A stretch of DNA of 64,000 nucleotides from Lentibacillus sp. (GCF_035301925.1 NZ_DATGTI010000088.1:3-64002); one strand, 5' to 3'; positions 8,497 to 21,117 are shown, numbered from the stretch's first letter. Numbers and translations are program-made. The notes: generated from the letters alone by a model not told the origin.

Positions 8497-9250
8497 TACT
8501 TACCACTTCCTTTGCTAATTCAAGATATACTTCAGCACCCTTTGATTTGGGATCGTATGTGATAATTGGTTCACCATGGCTCGGAGCTTCCCCTAAACGG
8601 ATGTTTCTTGGAATGATTGTCTGGTAGACTTTATCCTGAAAGTATTTTTTAACTTCTTCAATCACTTGAATGCCAAGGTTTGTTCTTGCATCAAGCATTG
8701 TCAGCAAAACGCCTTCTATCATTAAGGTTTTATTCAAATGTTTTTGCACCAAACGGATTGTATTTAACAATTGACTCAAGCCTTCCAGTGCATAATACTC
8801 ACATTGGACGGGTATCAGTACCGTATCTGAGGCTGTTAGGGCGTTAATTGTAAGTAATCCCAAAGAAGGCGGACAATCGATCACGATATAATCATACGCT
8901 TCTTTGAGTTCCTCCAGTGCCTTTTTCAGACGAATTTCACGTGAAATAGTCGATACTAATTCAATTTCAGCGCCTGAAAGTTGAATAGTGGCAGGTATTG
9001 TATCCAATTTTTCAACTTGTGTAGGTACACAAACCTCTTCGGCAGGCAAGTCTTCCACCAAAACATTATATATACACTGATCCATATCGGCTTTGTTAAT
9101 ACCTAAGCCACTGGTAGCATTACCCTGAGGATCAATATCGACAACTAAAACTTTACTTCCCAAACGGGCAAGACCTGCACTCAAGTTTACTGCTGATGTT
9201 GTTTTTCCAACGCCACCCTTTTGATTAGCAATGGCCATTATTTTTCCCAT
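8477..9250 (-). CDS. soj: ParA family ATPase Soj
   Basis: ANQKGGVGKTT deviant Walker A; DPQGNATSGLG; IDCPPSLG. Confidence 0.97.
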   Translation of the reverse strand: MGKIMAIANQKGGVGKTTSAVNLSAGLARLGSKVLVVDIDPQGNATSGLGINKADMDQCIYNVLVEDLPAEEVCVPTQVEKLDTIPATIQLSGAEIELVSTISREIRLKKALEELKEAYDYIVIDCPPSLGLLTINALTASDTVLIPVQCEYYALEGLSQLLNTIRLVQKHLNKTLMIEGVLLTMLDARTNLGIQVIEEVKKYFQDKVYQTIIPRNIRLGEAPSHGEPIITYDPKSKGAEVYLELAKEVVSNGERVG

Positions 9251-9532
9251 GCTGTCACCTACCTAACATCTATAGTTATTATTCTATCACTTTTTGAAAA
9301 AATAAGCGCCTTTTAAATGATATTTTATTAGAAAAATGATAATCGGGTGCCAAAGTTTTCTTTACAAGTCTATTGATTTATATATTCCTGACATTCACAC
9401 GTTTACGATTAAACATGTTATTATGGCTGATAAGAAAGATTTACAGATAACGACTCCATGATTTGTGGATTTAAAAACCACTCATCTTTTTTTGCTAAGA
9501 TGAATGGTGTTTTAATGCATATAATGGATAAA

Positions 9533-10396
9533 TTATTTCTTCTTTGGTATTTTAATAGTGATCTGGTAGAAATCATCCAGATCTTCCTCATCTGTTTCCA
9601 CATTAATGCCAGTATCTGAAACCATATTCAACGATTGGCGGATTGTGTTCATGGCTATTCGGACGTCTTTATTGACACCTTTACGCTTAGGGCGTTTTTT
9701 AACTGGTTTCTCATCCATTTGCCCCATTTTTTCGATCGCTTCTTCTGTCTGTTTCACATTTAAATCTTTTTTCAGGATTTTCTCAAGCATTTCAACTTGT
9801 TTTTTTGGATCATTTATTTTAATAAGCGCTCTGGCATGTCTTTCCGTTATCAGTTTGTCCAAAACCGCGGTTTGTACCTCTTCAGGAAGCTTTAACAGCC
9901 TTAATTTATTGGCAATAGTTGATTGGTTCTTCCCAAGACGCTGTGCTAATGCTTCCTGTGTCAAGCCATGAAGCTCCAAAAGTCTTGCATAGGCACTGGC
10001 TTCTTCAATAACGGATAATTCCTCACGCTGCAGATTTTCAATTAACGCAACAGAAGCAATTTCAGTATCTGTCATAGTACGAATGATGGCGGGAAGCTTT
10101 TCCCAATCCAGCGTTTGCACTGCCCGCCACCTGCGTTCTCCGGCTATGAGCTCATATTTATCTTCATTTTCCAGTTTCCGGACAACTACTGGCTGAATCA
10201 TACCATGTGTATGTATCGTTTGTGCCAGTTCTTTTATTTTTTCTTCATTGAACATTGACCTTGGCTGGAATCTATTTGGTTCTATCTTGTCAATCGAAAG
10301 TTCAGTTACTTCTTCCGGATGGTAGTTTTCTTCAGGTGGTACGGGATCATTTTTATCACCCATACCAAAAATTCGATTTAATGGACTTACCACCAC
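9533..10396 (-). CDS. noc: Nucleoid occlusion protein Noc
   Basis: ParB-like GERRWRA; C-terminal [13 protein letters not shown]; lies between rsmG and soj; exact start uncertain (10393-10399). Confidence 0.95.
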   Translation of the reverse strand: MVVSPLNRIFGMGDKNDPVPPEENYHPEEVTELSIDKIEPNRFQPRSMFNEEKIKELAQTIHTHGMIQPVVVRKLENEDKYELIAGERRWRAVQTLDWEKLPAIIRTMTDTEIASVALIENLQREELSVIEEASAYARLLELHGLTQEALAQRLGKNQSTIANKLRLLKLPEEVQTAVLDKLITERHARALIKINDPKKQVEMLEKILKKDLNVKQTEEAIEKMGQMDEKPVKKRPKRKGVNKDVRIAMNTIRQSLNMVSDTGINVETDEEDLDDFYQITIKIPKKK

Positions 10397-10468
10397 CAAA
10401 CACCACCTTTACAATCATGTTCTTGCCATCCAATCCCGCTGAACCCTTTATAGTTCTTGAACTGTTTT

Positions 10469-10667
10469 ATAAAGTGAAACATCACTCAGTGGAACAGGTT
10501 TATCCACTGAGGTGGTGGAAAAAGGATTAAAATATTGGCCGTCGAGTTGCAACGTCTTTATTATCCGCACCATGCAAGTCCGACAAGATCTCAACGGCAG
10601 TCGATTTCCCACTTGACTTTCCTGGTGTCAAAGTGCTGTCTTACTACACATAAGACATGCAGATGAA
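10469..10667 (-). repeat. bcr1-like repeat, degenerate medium form (copy 4)
   Basis: ATAAAGTGAAAC at 10469, CTCAGTGGA/TCCACTGAG stem, GTTGCAACG remnant and TCTTACT...GCAGATGAA end. Confidence 0.7.
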
Positions 10668-10701
10668 TATGAAAGCAACTATAGCAACCGTCACTTCAAA
10701 A

Positions 10702-10717
10702 TGTTCCACGTGAAACA
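10702..10717. promoter_or_regulatory. parS site
   Basis: TGTTCCACGTGAAACA, an exact match to the parS consensus. Confidence 0.95.
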
Positions 10718-10852
10718 TTTTGATAAAATCTATTATAAATAGATAAAACTAATCTATTAAGTACTAATTGCAAACCGTCAAATCTTATCTTCATTTTATC
10801 ACATATATGTATGAATGAGTATGAAATCATCATATAAACTTACAGGGAGAGG

Positions 10853-11569
10853 TTAAGTGATTGGACTTTTATTTGGCAGTCCCGGTTTTCTCGGATATTT
10901 CCTGGGTGTTTTCCGGTTTTTATGTATCAAAATGATCGAACGCTCACTATTTTCCTCGGGTAATTGAAATGTGTGGATTGTATCTAAATCTCCGCCTAAA
11001 ATAGTTATGGCATTTTGGGCATCATTTATTTCAGCATCAGCATGTTGCCCTTTCATCGCAAGAAAAACACCATTTTTTCTGGTAAGCGGTAAACATAACT
11101 CGCTTAATACAGACATTCGAGCAACAGCTCTTGAAATAACAATATCAAATGTTTCCCTGAATTGTTTATTTTTCCCAAAATTTTCCGCACGATCATGGTG
11201 AAAAGTAACATTTTTTAGACTTAGTTGAGCAGCTAATTGATTTAAAAAATGAATCCGTTTCTGCAGTGAATCAACGATGGTAATATTTAAATCAGGAAAG
11301 CATATTTTAAGTGGGATGCTGGGGAAACCTGCCCCAGCACCCACATCACAAATCGTCAAATTCCCAGTAAAATTGTGGTAAAATGCCGCCGAAATGGAAT
11401 CATAAAAGTGTTTCAAATAAACATCATGCTCACTTGTGATAGCAGTCAAATTTATTTTTTGGTTCCACTCCACCAGTATCTGAAAATATTCAGCAAATTG
11501 CTCTTTCTGTTTTTCATTCAGGCTAATGCCCTGTTCATTTAAAGCATTTACGAATTGTTCGGGTTTCAT
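10853..11569 (-). CDS. rsmG: 16S rRNA m7G527 methyltransferase (GidB)
   Basis: [18 protein letters not shown] and SRAVARM motifs. Confidence 0.97.
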   Translation of the reverse strand: MKPEQFVNALNEQGISLNEKQKEQFAEYFQILVEWNQKINLTAITSEHDVYLKHFYDSISAAFYHNFTGNLTICDVGAGAGFPSIPLKICFPDLNITIVDSLQKRIHFLNQLAAQLSLKNVTFHHDRAENFGKNKQFRETFDIVISRAVARMSVLSELCLPLTRKNGVFLAMKGQHADAEINDAQNAITILGGDLDTIHTFQLPEENSERSIILIHKNRKTPRKYPRKPGLPNKSPIT

Positions 11570-11592
11570 GGACCGTTTACTCCTTCAGTTAG

Positions 11593-13479
11593 TTAGTTCG
11601 CTACACGAGCAATTTTTCCCTGTTCAATATACACAAGCAGAATGGACACATCTGATGGATTAACGCCTGCTATCCGTGAAGCCTGGCCTACTGAAAGCGG
11701 ACGTATCTTCTTAAGTTTTTCCCTGGCCTCATAGGCAATACCATCTATATCATCATAATCAATATTATCCGGAATTTTTTTGTTTTCCATTTTAAGCATC
11801 TTGTCTACTTGCTCATTCGCCTTTTTGATATAACCTTCATATTTGATTTGTATTTCGACCTGTTCTTTGACAATAGCCGGCAGCGTATCATCCGTTTCGA
11901 TCACTTTTTCAAGCATCTCATACGTGACCTCAGGACGTTTCAGTATGTCATACGCTTTGACAGCTTCTTTCAGCGGTGAACCGTTTGCATCCTTCAACAT
12001 TTGCTGAACAGGTTCTTCCGGTTTGACGACCATTTTATTGAGCCGTTTTTTCTCTTGCTCGACAAGCTCTTTTTTCTCGATGAATTGATTGTAGCGCTCG
12101 TCACTGATCAAGCCGTAGTCATGCCCAATTTCAGTCAAACGCATGTCGGCATTATCATGGCGCAATAGTAAGCGATATTCAGCTCTGGACGTCAATAAGC
12201 GGTATGGCTCCTTTGTTCCCTTGGTTACCAAATCATCAATCAAAACGCCGATATATGCCTGGGATCTGTCAAGAATCAACGGTTTTTTGCCGACAACTTT
12301 TGCACCAGCATTGATGCCGGCCATAATACCTTGAGCAGCTGCTTCTTCATAACCTGACGTCCCATTTATTTGCCCCGCAGTAAAGAGACCCGGAATATTT
12401 TTCAATTCCATTGTAGGCCACAGTTGAGTCGGTACTACCGCATCGTATTCAATCGCATAACCGGCGCGCATGATTTCAGCATTTTCGAGTCCCGGCACTG
12501 TTTTGACCATTTCATGCTGGACATCTTCCGGTAAAGATGTTGACAGACCCTGAACATATACTTCTTCCGTATCTCTACCTTCTGGTTCAAGAAATACCTG
12601 ATGACGCGGTTTATCATTAAACCGGACAATTTTATCTTCAATTGAAGGACAGTAGCGCGGTCCCGTTCCCCGTTTCATACCAGAATACATCGCGGATGAA
12701 GACAGGTTGTCGTTAATGATCTGGTGTGTAAACTCATTCGTGTATGTCAGCCAGCACGGAATCTGATCCATGATATATTCTGTTGTTTCATATGAAAAGC
12801 CTTGTGGTTTCTCATCTCCCGGTTGAATTTCTGCTTTTGAGTAATCAATCGAATGACTGTTTACACGTGGCGGTGTCCCTGTTTTAAACCGGGTGAGCTC
12901 AAGTCCAAGATTTTCCATGTTTTCGGAAAGCTTGATGGAAGCCCGTTGGTTATTCGGACCACTTTCATATTCGAGATCCCCCATCAATACTTTACCGCGC
13001 ATGAATGTGCCAGTTGTCACGATGACATTATGAGCATAATACGCTGCTTTCGTTTCCGTCATGACCCCTTTACATGTGCCGTCTTCCATAATCAGTTCAT
13101 TGACCATGCCTTGTCTTAGTGTCAGGTTTTCCTGATTTTCCAGGACATGTTTCATTTCTTTAATGTAAAGCGGTTTATCTGCTTGTGCTCTTAGTGCCTG
13201 TACAGCTGGTCCTTTACGTGTATTCAGCATGCGCATCTGGATGTAGGTTTTATCAATAACCTTGGCCATGACACCTCCAAGCGCATCCACTTCACGAACA
13301 ACAATACCTTTGGCAGGACCGCCAAGTGACGGGTTGCACGGCATAAAAGCAACCATATCAAGGTTCAGTGTCAGCATCAACGTTTTCGCGCCCATTTTGG
13401 CAGCTGCAACACCTGCTTCCACACCGGCATGACCAGCGCCAACGACAATGACATCATAATGTCCGGCATTATATACCAT
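11593..13479 (-). CDS. mnmG: tRNA uridine-5-carboxymethylaminomethyl synthesis enzyme (GidA)
   Basis: [20 protein letters not shown] and [17 protein letters not shown] motifs. Confidence 0.98.
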   Translation of the reverse strand: MVYNAGHYDVIVVGAGHAGVEAGVAAAKMGAKTLMLTLNLDMVAFMPCNPSLGGPAKGIVVREVDALGGVMAKVIDKTYIQMRMLNTRKGPAVQALRAQADKPLYIKEMKHVLENQENLTLRQGMVNELIMEDGTCKGVMTETKAAYYAHNVIVTTGTFMRGKVLMGDLEYESGPNNQRASIKLSENMENLGLELTRFKTGTPPRVNSHSIDYSKAEIQPGDEKPQGFSYETTEYIMDQIPCWLTYTNEFTHQIINDNLSSSAMYSGMKRGTGPRYCPSIEDKIVRFNDKPRHQVFLEPEGRDTEEVYVQGLSTSLPEDVQHEMVKTVPGLENAEIMRAGYAIEYDAVVPTQLWPTMELKNIPGLFTAGQINGTSGYEEAAAQGIMAGINAGAKVVGKKPLILDRSQAYIGVLIDDLVTKGTKEPYRLLTSRAEYRLLLRHDNADMRLTEIGHDYGLISDERYNQFIEKKELVEQEKKRLNKMVVKPEEPVQQMLKDANGSPLKEAVKAYDILKRPEVTYEMLEKVIETDDTLPAIVKEQVEIQIKYEGYIKKANEQVDKMLKMENKKIPDNIDYDDIDGIAYEAREKLKKIRPLSVGQASRIAGVNPSDVSILLVYIEQGKIARVAN

Positions 13480-13555
13480 CGTTTTTCACCCTTTCTGTTT
13501 GTAACTGTTCTTGTCAGTATTTCCGAATTTCTGTTCAATTATATAGAGAGCGGCA

Positions 13556-14932
13556 TTATTTTCCTAAGCAAAATTGTGAGAATAACTGATCAATTAAGCT
13601 ATCACTGGCTGTATCACCGATGATTTCACCCAAAAACTCCCATGTGCGGGTGACATCAATTTGGACAATATCAAGTGGCATTTCCATCTCAAGGCTATTC
13701 ATTGCATCTTCCAGGGCCGCTTTAGCCTGTTTCAGCAGTTGGATATGGCGGATATTGGAGACATACGTCATATCACCTGTATCGATATCACCGGCAAAGA
13801 ACGTTTCAGCGATGGCTGATTCCAATTCATCAATACCTTCTTCCTTAATTAAGGAGGCTGATATGACCGGTTTATCCTCAGCCAGTTCATTTACTTTTTC
13901 CAGATCAAGCTTTTGCTCCAGATCGGTTTTATTGATGATCACAATATAATCCAATCCCCGGACTGCTTCAAAAAGCTTTTTATCTTCATCCGTCAGCTTT
14001 TCATTATAATTTAAAACAAATAAAATAAGATCTGATTCTTCCAGCACTTTCCTTGACCGGTCAACACCGATTTTTTCAACAATATCTTCCGTTTCACGAA
14101 TCCCTGCTGTGTCCACCAGCTTAAGCGGTACGCCGCGGACATTGACATACTCTTCAATAATATCACGTGTCGTTCCGGGGACTTCCGTTACGATTGCTTT
14201 ATTTTCCTGGACAAGCGTGTTCATCAGTGAAGACTTGCCCACATTCGGACGCCCGATAATCGCGGTCGATAATCCTTCGCGCAAAATTTTCCCTTGTTTG
14301 GCAACTTCCAGCAAATGTTCAATCTCAGCATGGACTTCTTTTGATTTCTTGCGCATCATCTCGTGTGAGATTTCCTCAACATCATCATATTCCGGGTAAT
14401 CGATATTCACTTCAACATGCGCAACGGTCTCAAGCAGTTCCTGTCTGAGCCGCCCGATCAATTCAGACAATCGGCCATCCATCTGCTTCAGTGCAACTGA
14501 CATGGCTTTGTCAGTTTTTGACCGGATCAAATCCATGACCGCCTCTGCCTGTGACAAGTCGATTCGTCCATGTAAAAATGCACGCTTGGTGAATTCACCC
14601 GGTTCTGCAATCCGTACGCCCTGTTCGAGTATAATTTCAAGGACACGGTTCACTGCCACCATACCGCCATGACAGTTGATTTCAACGACATCTTCGCGTG
14701 TAAATGTCTTTGGCGCCCGCATGATCGTGACCATCACTTCTTCAGCTACTTCATTTGTATTGGGATCAATGATTTTCCCGTAATGAATGGTATGTGAATC
14801 AGCATCCAGCAAATCTTTACCTTGAAATAATTTCGCCGTAACCGGGATAGCAGCTGATCCACTTAGCCGGACAATTGAAATCGCACCTTCACCGACAGGC
14901 GTTGATATCGCCGTTATCGTATCTGTCTCCAT
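13556..14932 (-). CDS. mnmE: tRNA modification GTPase (TrmE/ThdF)
   Basis: [21 protein letters not shown] and C-terminal FCLGK. Confidence 0.98.
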   Translation of the reverse strand: METDTITAISTPVGEGAISIVRLSGSAAIPVTAKLFQGKDLLDADSHTIHYGKIIDPNTNEVAEEVMVTIMRAPKTFTREDVVEINCHGGMVAVNRVLEIILEQGVRIAEPGEFTKRAFLHGRIDLSQAEAVMDLIRSKTDKAMSVALKQMDGRLSELIGRLRQELLETVAHVEVNIDYPEYDDVEEISHEMMRKKSKEVHAEIEHLLEVAKQGKILREGLSTAIIGRPNVGKSSLMNTLVQENKAIVTEVPGTTRDIIEEYVNVRGVPLKLVDTAGIRETEDIVEKIGVDRSRKVLEESDLILFVLNYNEKLTDEDKKLFEAVRGLDYIVIINKTDLEQKLDLEKVNELAEDKPVISASLIKEEGIDELESAIAETFFAGDIDTGDMTYVSNIRHIQLLKQAKAALEDAMNSLEMEMPLDIVQIDVTRTWEFLGEIIGDTASDSLIDQLFSQFCLGK

Positions 14933-15034
14933 TTATCTCACCTCCATCATACGTCGAATGTTATCTATATTAAATGCAATGATTTTTTCTGTCACTAATG
15001 TAATAGAATATCATAAAATCCATCAAAAATAAAC

Positions 15035-15233
15035 TTATCCACAATGTTAATATTTATACATTATAAAGCGAAACTTCATTCAATGGGGCCCCCTTTTCCC
15101 CACTGAATGTTAGTTGAGCAGAATCAGGCATTTATGGATAGTTATTACCCCGTTTTTGCGAAATGCTGTCCATTACATGCAGGAAAAAAACATCTATTCA
15201 CATGTGGATAGATGTTTTTTATCGTTATCAACA
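15035..15233. promoter_or_regulatory. DnaA-box cluster in the mnmE-jag intergenic region
   Basis: TTATCCACA 15035-15043; CTATTCACA/TGTGGATAG 15194-15211; TTATCAACA 15225-15233. Confidence 0.75.
15063..15188 (-). repeat. bcr1-like repeat, short form (copy 5)
   Basis: ATAAAGCGAAACTTCATTCAATGGGG...CCCCACTGAATGTTAGTTGAGCAGAATCAGGCATTTA...ATGCAGGAAAAA. Confidence 0.88.
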
Positions 15234-15387
15234 ACTGGATATTTGTCGACAGTCTCTATTAACCTGCTTCGTTGATTGATTCAGTGCCGAACCAGCTTTC
15301 CGTTAATTTCATGCCAAGCCTTGGTTGCACATATACAGATAGAAAGGTTTTATTTTTTATCCGCCAAACAATTGCGGAAAATAGCAT

Positions 15388-15429
15388 AAAAAAAATCACC
15401 CCAGTTAATGTTTAACGGGATGATTTTTT
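15388..15429 (-). terminator. Intrinsic terminator after jag
   Basis: AAAAAAAATCACCCC..GGGATGATTTTTT inverted repeat. Confidence 0.7.
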
Positions 15430-15436
15430 CTTGAGT

Positions 15437-16051
15437 TTATGGTTTTATGACGATACGGCGATGCGGTTCAACGCCATCCGAATGGGTGGTCACCTGATCA
15501 TTCGATTGTAAGGCACTATGGATAATTTTACGCTCAAATGCGGGCATTGCCTCAAGTGTTACCGTTTTATTCAATCTTAATGCTTTATCTGCCATTTTAT
15601 GTGCCAGTGATTCAAGTGTCTCTTTCCTTCTTCCGCGATATCCTTCCGCATCAACTGTAACAGTGTAATACTGATTACCATCCTTATTCAAAACAAGATG
15701 TACCAGATATTGAATGGCGTTCAATGTCTGACCGCGCTTACCGATCAGGACAGCAATTTTATCACCTGATAAATCAAACGTGACATGATTTCCGGAAACT
15801 GTCGTCGTCACGTCAACTTCCACATTCATTTGTTCGGTTACATTACGCAGAAATGCTTCAGCTTCTTCAATTTGATTTTTTACCATTGTCACTTTAACAA
15901 AAGCACGTTTAGAACCAAATACGCCTAGAAGCCCTTTTTTGCCTTCATCAATAACTTCAACATTAACATGGTCCCTTGTGGTGTCTAACTGCTCTAATGC
16001 TGATTGGACCGCATCCTCAACTGTTTGTCCGCTAGCAGTTATTTCTTTCAC
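15437..16051 (-). CDS. jag: RNA-binding protein Jag/KhpB (EloR)
   Basis: Jag N-terminal domain, KH motif [15 protein letters not shown] and R3H motif ERKIIH. Confidence 0.96.
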   Translation of the reverse strand: MKEITASGQTVEDAVQSALEQLDTTRDHVNVEVIDEGKKGLLGVFGSKRAFVKVTMVKNQIEEAEAFLRNVTEQMNVEVDVTTTVSGNHVTFDLSGDKIAVLIGKRGQTLNAIQYLVHLVLNKDGNQYYTVTVDAEGYRGRRKETLESLAHKMADKALRLNKTVTLEAMPAFERKIIHSALQSNDQVTTHSDGVEPHRRIVIKP

Positions 16052-16812
16052 TTTTTGTCTCCTCCAGTTTTTTGATCATCCATCATCGGTTTACGAATGA
16101 AAACCGTCTGAGCAATCATAAACACATTCCCCACTACCCAATACAGTGCTAATGCTGCTGGAAGAATGAAACCCATAACTACAATCATAATCGGCATTAC
16201 GTAGAGCATCACCGTCATTTGCGGATTTTGGGCAGCCTGACTTCCTGCCATCATCAGTTTTTGCTGCAGAAACGTTGCACCACCGGCAAGCAGCGGCAAA
16301 ATATAATCCGAGTTTCCCAATTGAAACCACAGAAAGGTATGCTCCTGTACTTCCGGCGTCCGCATAATGGCATGATACATCGCAATCAGAATCGGCATTT
16401 GCACAAATATTGGCAAACAACCGGCAAGCGGGTTCACCCCATGTTTCTGGAATAACTGCATCGTTTCCTGCTGTAATTTTTGCTGAGTGTTCGCATCTTT
16501 TGATGAATATTTCTGTTGCAGTTCCTTGAGTTCCGGCTGAATATCTTGCATGGCTTTAGAACTTTTTAACTGCTTAACGTTCAACGGCAGAAGAATCAGG
16601 CGAACTATGACAGTTACAATAATAATTGCTAATCCATAACTTCCGTTGAACATATCTGCAAAATAAGTAATAACCTGTGATAACGGCCATACAAACCATG
16701 AATTCCAAATCCCTTCACTTTCTGAATTGATTGGTTCATTTATTTCCGTACAACCGGAAAGGAGCGCTATTAACCCGGTTAAGGCTAACAGCAACAAAAC
16801 CTTTTTACGCAA
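16048..16812 (-). CDS. spoIIIJ: Membrane protein insertase YidC/SpoIIIJ (lipoprotein)
   Basis: LSGC lipobox and [16 protein letters not shown] motif; TTG start at 16812 after GGAGG. Confidence 0.95.
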   Translation of the reverse strand: MRKKVLLLLALTGLIALLSGCTEINEPINSESEGIWNSWFVWPLSQVITYFADMFNGSYGLAIIIVTVIVRLILLPLNVKQLKSSKAMQDIQPELKELQQKYSSKDANTQQKLQQETMQLFQKHGVNPLAGCLPIFVQMPILIAMYHAIMRTPEVQEHTFLWFQLGNSDYILPLLAGGATFLQQKLMMAGSQAAQNPQMTVMLYVMPIMIVVMGFILPAALALYWVVGNVFMIAQTVFIRKPMMDDQKTGGDKK

Positions 16813-17008
16813 TTTACTTCCTCCCAACTGACTTGAAAAACCTGAACCCCGCCTTCATCCAATAGCAAGTACAAGTTTTTCCTTAAAGGTCAAACATCAT
16901 TTTTCATTTTATGACGTTACAATAAACTAATAAACCTATGTATAAAATCCTAACTGCTATTTTACCATTAAATGAATAGAAGATTCCATATAAAATTAGA
17001 AAAGCTGA

Positions 17009-17353
17009 TTATTTTTTCAATAGCAGCCGTTTTTTTGATAATAAATGAACTAAACTCTTTTTTACATCATGAAAATTCATTTGCCGTGTTGGATAACGGG
17101 CAATGATAATGATATCCGTTGTTGGACGAATATAACCTTCCAGCTCCAGGAAAGCCTGGCGCAAATACCGTTTTATACGATTCCTCATAACAGCATTACC
17201 CAATTTTTTACCAACGGATAAGCCGATGCGAAAATGCTGCTGTCCGGGCTTTTCTATATAATATAAAACTAGCTCCCGATTTGCGAATGAGTTCCCATGT
17301 TTAAACACATACTGGAATTCTTTATTGTCTTTTATCCGATACTTTTTTTTCAA
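17009..17353 (-). CDS. rnpA: Ribonuclease P protein component
   Basis: [21 protein letters not shown] motif; TTG start at 17353. Confidence 0.96.
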   Translation of the reverse strand: MKKKYRIKDNKEFQYVFKHGNSFANRELVLYYIEKPGQQHFRIGLSVGKKLGNAVMRNRIKRYLRQAFLELEGYIRPTTDIIIIARYPTRQMNFHDVKKSLVHLLSKKRLLLKK

Positions 17354-17418
17354 CACGATCACCTTACCATTCATTTTCCCACTGTAGTGGAAAAAAGACC
17401 ACTGATAATGTCAGTGGT

Positions 17419-17553
17419 CTATGCAGATAATACTTTTCTTCCTTTACGGCGACGGCGCTTCAATACTTGGCGCCCGTCTTTTGTACTCATTCGTTTACGG
17501 AAGCCATGCACTTTTTTCCGCTTACGTTTATTTGGCTGATAAGTTCGCTTCAT
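17419..17553 (-). CDS. rpmH: 50S ribosomal protein L34 (not in the ORF track, 44 aa)
   Basis: Reads [44 protein letters not shown]; RBS GGGAGG. Confidence 0.98.
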   Translation of the reverse strand: MKRTYQPNKRKRKKVHGFRKRMSTKDGRQVLKRRRRKGRKVLSA

Positions 17554-17654
17554 TTATCATACACCTCCCTGAGGAATCCAAACAAAATCTACATTTTAAA
17601 GGCAGTCTTGAACATTATAATGAAAATCGATTCTGCCTGTCAACTTTTCATACA

Positions 17655-17960
17655 AAAAGTCTATCCACAGATTACTGTGAAATCATTTCCGGTAAAAAAA
17701 ATTTATTCACAACGCTTATCGACAATTTACTCACAAAATATAGTGGTGTGGATAAACATTGTCTACAAGTGATGGATATTGTGGATAAGTGTCGAAAAAG
17801 CGTTGCATGATGCGCTTTTTTTTGGTATTATATTTGTGCTTTAATATGTGTAAAAGAGTCAAACAGTCTCTCTTTTTCCACAGGTTGTGGATAATATGTG
17901 GATAGCCATGCACACCGCTGTTCACCTGACTATCAACAATCATGTGGAAAAAGTACATAA
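17655..17960. other. oriC, DnaA-box cluster upstream of dnaA, with an adjacent 0A box
   Basis: CTATCCACA 17661, TTATTCACA 17703, TGTGGATAA 17747/17780/17886; Spo0A box TGTCGAA 17790-17796; gene orientation switches here. Confidence 0.93.
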
Positions 17961-18116
17961 CTTAAGCATTATACTGCGGTGACCATGCTCAACCGTCCAC
18001 AACCAAATACGCATTTATTTTTCAACAGATAACCTTTCCGTCTTTCAATATCACGTTATGAATGACCGCGAAAGGGTTTTTCTATCATCAATCAAAAATT
18101 GAAAGGGGTGAATGCG

Positions 18117-19469
18117 TTGAAAAACATCGATGAATTGTGGAATGCGGTTTTGGAGAAAATAGAGGAAAAAATAAGTAAGCCAAGCTTTGATACCTGGCTG
18201 AAAAATACAAAAGCCGAATCCTTAAAAGAAGATACATTAACTGTATTGGCACCAAATGAATTTGCACGCGACTGGCTTGAAGGCAGATATACAAACTTAA
18301 TAGACGACATCTTGCTGGAACTGACCGGTGCCCGATTATCAACCCGATTCATCATTCCCGATTCACAGGATTCTGCAAATGAAGTGAATTCGACTCCAAA
18401 AAAAGTACCTATGGACAATCAAAATAGCAAAACGGGGCAAACCAAAACAATGCTGAATTCCAAATATACGTTTGATACATTCGTCATCGGTTCCGGAAAT
18501 CGTTTCGCACACGCAGCTTCACTGGCTGTGGCTGAAGCCCCGGCAAAGGCATATAATCCGTTATTCATTTATGGTGGTGTCGGTCTTGGCAAAACACACT
18601 TGATGCATGCAATCGGGCATTATGTCCGGGAACACAATCCGGAGGCAAATGTTGTGTATCTGTCATCCGAAAAGTTCACGAATGAATTCATCAACGCCAT
18701 TATGGATAACAAAGCAACGCAATTCAGAAACAAATATCGCAATGTCGATATTCTATTAATCGATGATATTCAATTCATAGCCGGAAAAGAATCGACACAG
18801 GAAGAATTTTTCCATACATTTAATGCACTCCATGAGGATAATAAACAGATTATCATCTCAAGTGATCGTCCGCCGAAAGAGATTCCGACACTTGAAGACC
18901 GTTTGCGTTCCAGATTTGAATGGGGGCTGATCACGGATATCACACCACCTGATCTGGAAACACGCATTGCGATTTTATCAAAGAAAGCAAAAGCAGAAGG
19001 ACTCGATATACCGAATGAAGTGATGCTTTACATTGCCAATCAGATTGACACCAATATCCGGGAACTGGAAGGTGCCTTGATAAGGGTTGTTGCCTACTCG
19101 TCACTTGTTAATGAAGATATTGATGCTTCGCTTGCGGCAGATGCATTGAAGGATATCATCCCGAGCAACAAACCGCGTACCATCACGATTCAGGGCATAC
19201 AGGAAGCTGTCGGTGAAAAATACAATGTCAAACTGGAAGATTTTGCGGCCAAAAAACGTACAAAATCGATTGCTTTTCCACGGCAAATAGCTATGTATTT
19301 ATCAAGGGAACTGACAGATTTTTCATTACCCAAAATTGGTGAAGAATTCGGCGGCAGAGATCATACAACCGTTATTCATGCCCATGAAAAAGTTGTGAAA
19401 ATGATGGAAGACGACACGCTCTTACACCGTGATATTGAAGAATTGAAAGAGCAGCTGAAATCATTTTAA
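18117..19469 (+). CDS. dnaA: Chromosomal replication initiator DnaA
   Basis: [18 protein letters not shown] and [11 protein letters not shown] motifs; TTG start at 18117. Confidence 0.99.
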   Translation: MKNIDELWNAVLEKIEEKISKPSFDTWLKNTKAESLKEDTLTVLAPNEFARDWLEGRYTNLIDDILLELTGARLSTRFIIPDSQDSANEVNSTPKKVPMDNQNSKTGQTKTMLNSKYTFDTFVIGSGNRFAHAASLAVAEAPAKAYNPLFIYGGVGLGKTHLMHAIGHYVREHNPEANVVYLSSEKFTNEFINAIMDNKATQFRNKYRNVDILLIDDIQFIAGKESTQEEFFHTFNALHEDNKQIIISSDRPPKEIPTLEDRLRSRFEWGLITDITPPDLETRIAILSKKAKAEGLDIPNEVMLYIANQIDTNIRELEGALIRVVAYSSLVNEDIDASLAADALKDIIPSNKPRTITIQGIQEAVGEKYNVKLEDFAAKKRTKSIAFPRQIAMYLSRELTDFSLPKIGEEFGGRDHTTVIHAHEKVVKMMEDDTLLHRDIEELKEQLKSF

Positions 19470-19479
19470 GTTATGAACA

Positions 19480-19640
19480 TGTTAACAATGTGTACAACGA
19501 ATGCACGCTTATAAACAACTTATCCACATGTGAATAACTTCCGTTCAGTGGATTTAAGATGGGTTATCCACATAACAACAAGCACTATTACTGTTATTAT
19601 TATATTTCTATAACAAATTAATAAATATATGTATCCAAAA
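19480..19640. other. oriC unwinding region (dnaA-dnaN): DnaA boxes, trio-like repeats and AT-rich DUE
   Basis: TTATCCACA at 19520 and 19564, TGTGAATAA at 19529, then CTATTACTGTTATTATTAT and an AT-rich tract. Confidence 0.9.
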
Positions 19641-19653
19641 GGAGAATAATTTC

Positions 19654-20790
19654 ATGAAATTTATCGTACAGCGTCAGCACTTAATTTCCGGTGTTCAAGA
19701 TGTCATGAAAGCCATCTCGTCCAGAACAGCCATTCCAATTCTGACCGGCATGAAAATTGAAGCAACTCCCAATGGAATTACGCTAACCGGAAGTGACTCT
19801 GATATTTCAATTGAATCATTTATTCCGGCCGAAGAAGACGGTATGGTAAATGTGGAACAAATCGAAGAAGGAAGTGTTGTTCTGCAGGCACGGTATTTCC
19901 CGGATATTGTCCGGAAGCTGCCGGAAAGTACAGTTGAAATTGAATCAGATGATCATTTCAATGTAACAATCAAATCAGGAAAAGCCGAATTCAACCTGAA
20001 CGGCCAGGATGCCAATGAGTATCCGCAACTGCCCATACTCGAGACAGACAGCAGTTTTGAAATACAGTCAGATTTACTGAAAAATATGATCAAACAAACT
20101 GTTTTCGCTGTTTCAGCAATGGAAACAAGGCCAATTCTAACTGGTGTTAATATAAAAATTGAAAATGATTCATTGCATTTCACTGCAACAGACAGTCATC
20201 GGCTGGCATCACGCCGTATTCCACTGGAAGATATCAACCTGAACTTATCCAGTATTGTCGTGCCTGGAAAGAGCTTGAATGAACTCAATAAAATTCTGGA
20301 TGATAACGAAGAGAGAGTTGAGATCAGTGTTACCAATAACCAAATTTTATTCAGAACAAAGCATTTGCATTTCTTATCAAGATTACTGGACGGCAATTAC
20401 CCGGAAACATCCCGGCTCATTCCAGATCAGAGTCAGACAGTACTTCAAGTTAAAACTAAAGAATTAATCAATACGATTGACAGAGCATCACTGCTTGCCA
20501 GAGAGGAACGGAATAATGTTGTCAAACTGACGACAAAAGATAACCAACTTTTGCAAATTACCAGCAATTCGCCTGAGATCGGACAGGTTGCCGAAGAGCT
20601 TTTTGCCCAGTCAATAGAAGGAGAAGACTTGAAAATATCCTTCAGTTCAAAATATATGCTGGATGCATTGAAGGTCATTGACAAGGATGAAATCATCATT
20701 AAATTTACTGGTGCAATGCGTCCGTTTATCATCCAGCCCACAGATGATGATTCGATTTTACAATTGATTCTGCCAGTCAGGACATATTAA
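19654..20790 (+). CDS. dnaN: DNA polymerase III beta sliding clamp
   Basis: TATDSHRLA, SRLLDGNYP and C-terminal LILPVRTY. Confidence 0.98.
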   Translation: MKFIVQRQHLISGVQDVMKAISSRTAIPILTGMKIEATPNGITLTGSDSDISIESFIPAEEDGMVNVEQIEEGSVVLQARYFPDIVRKLPESTVEIESDDHFNVTIKSGKAEFNLNGQDANEYPQLPILETDSSFEIQSDLLKNMIKQTVFAVSAMETRPILTGVNIKIENDSLHFTATDSHRLASRRIPLEDINLNLSSIVVPGKSLNELNKILDDNEERVEISVTNNQILFRTKHLHFLSRLLDGNYPETSRLIPDQSQTVLQVKTKELINTIDRASLLAREERNNVVKLTTKDNQLLQITSNSPEIGQVAEELFAQSIEGEDLKISFSSKYMLDALKVIDKDEIIIKFTGAMRPFIIQPTDDDSILQLILPVRTY

Positions 20791-20883
20791 TAAAAAAGGT
20801 GTATGCCGGGGAATCGGCAAATCAGCCGGTTTCCTTCTGTTTTTAACGCTTCATGAATCTGCCAATACCGCTTATTTTACAAG

Positions 20884-21117
20884 TGCATGTTCAAAAAAGA
20901 AGATAAAAAAGGACCGGCAGGCTAAGTTCGCGACGACAATCAAGGGAGAGCGCCTGCACTAGCACGTCAATCGCGTCAACGTTCGAGGCGGCGCTGTTTC
21001 GAGCAGCGGGATAGTGCGTGTTGTGGTGACTTCGACGTTCGACACAGGACGTGTCGGTTTTTAGTCGAAGATCCTCTACCTCGATGTGTCATTTTTACCG
21101 GACTTTTTGAACATCCT
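20884..21117. repeat. MITE-like repeat (family B, best copy) containing Bacillaceae-1-like hairpins
   Basis: TIR ATGTTCAAAAA 20887-20897 / TTTTTGAACAT 21104-21114; hairpin CGACAC-AGGAC-GTGTCG; GCTAAGTTCGCGACG...CGCCTGCACTAGCAC segment. Confidence 0.75.

Noticed and set aside
8933-8948. parS-like palindrome AATTTCACGTGAAATA inside soj
   Set aside because: Three mismatches to the consensus and explained by the conserved ISREI peptide; at most a weak site
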